64,000 nt of DNA from Lysobacteraceae bacterium (GTDB lineage: Bacteria; Pseudomonadota; Gammaproteobacteria; Xanthomonadales; Rhodanobacteraceae): the NCBI GenBank assembly GCA_028870665.1, contig JAGWPB010000002.1, positions 10,636 through 74,635 on the forward strand, written 5' to 3'. Position numbers and translations under genes: made by a program. Positions within the stretch are counted from its first letter, which is position 1, and every line of letters begins with the position of its first letter. Below the pieces are notes generated by a model that did no database searches, had not been told where the DNA came from, and was given only the letters and a program-made list of their open reading frames with translations. Shown here in pieces: positions 63,531 to 64,000 of this stretch.

Positions 63531-64000
63531 TCCCCGAGCTGGGCGAAGTCGCGCTGATCCTGGCCCTGCTGCTGGCGCTGGTGCAGTGCGTGCTGCCGCT
63601 GCTGGGCGCCTGGCGCAACAACGCCGCGCTGATGGCGGTGGCACGGCCCGCCGCGGCCGGACAGTTCGTCTTCGTCGCGCTGTCGTTCGCGGTCCTGACC
63701 TGGGCCTTCATGACCCAGGATTTCTCGGTCGCCTACGTGGCGCAGAACTCCAACCTCAGCCTGCCCTGGTACTACCGCTTCTCGGCGGTGTGGGGCGCGC
63801 ACGAGGGCTCGCTGCTGCTGTGGATCCTGATCCTCAATGTGTGGACGGTGGCGCTGGCGGCATTCTCCGGCCATCTGCCGCCGAAGTTCGCCGCGCGCGT
63901 GCTCGGCGTGCTCGGCTTCGTCAGCGTCGGCTTCCTGCTGTTCACCCTGTTCACGTCGAGCCCGTTCGGCCGCCTGCTGCCGGCGCCTAGCAACGGCATG
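63527..64000 (+). CDS. ccmF: Cytochrome c heme lyase subunit CcmF (partial, runs off window)
   Basis: Not in the ORF track. The GTG overlaps the ccmE stop (GTGA). The protein reads [29 protein letters not shown]...[35 protein letters not shown]... and stays open to position 64000. It is collinear with the E. coli CcmF N-terminus. Confidence 0.93.
   Translation, partial: MIPELGEVALILALLLALVQCVLPLLGAWRNNAALMAVARPAAAGQFVFVALSFAVLTWAFMTQDFSVAYVAQNSNLSLPWYYRFSAVWGAHEGSLLLWILILNVWTVALAAFSGHLPPKFAARVLGVLGFVSVGFLLFTLFTSSPFGRLLPAPSNGM

Overview
This window is a high-GC (by eye about 68-70% G+C) chromosomal core segment from a gammaproteobacterium. Its gene order follows conserved Xanthomonadales/Pseudomonas/E. 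coli neighbourhoods: fimU-pilV; ispH-lspA-ileS-ribF-murJ opposite rpsT; obg-rpmA-rplU opposite uvrA; mutL-amiB-tsaE-nnr opposite queG; panD-panC-panB-folK-pcnB; bamC-dapA opposite gcvR-bcp; phoB-phoR-ppk1; accD-trpA-trpB-trpF-truA-fimV-asd-aroC-prmB; sco-psd; greB-DUF3293-ccmABCDEF. I call 67 protein genes. Four are missing from the supplied ORF track because they are under 60 aa or run off the window (pilV, DUF1289, ccmD, ccmF); I found these by translating the sequence myself. I also call one tRNA-Glu(CUC), three intrinsic terminators, several sigma70-like promoter candidates and a Pho-box candidate. The DNA is densely packed housekeeping sequence, and many gene pairs are joined by 4-nt ATGA/GTGA start/stop overlaps. 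I saw no transposase, integrase, phage gene, CRISPR array, restriction or defence module, toxin-antitoxin pair or clear genomic island. I could not identify a convincing novel multi-gene system. The findings are modest. They include SD-bearing short ORFs that end on the start codons of the SD-less genes bcp and greB, a tightly coupled DUF1289/CoA-Nudix/sulfurtransferase operon, an orphan gene with atypical codon usage, a secreted DUF4139 protein between acyl-CoA enzymes and coupled to uvrA, short tandem repeats in the obg leader, and local compositional oddities inside ileS. Family assignments come from motif recognition and remembered homologues, not from database searches. Start codons are inferred and may be off by a few codons.
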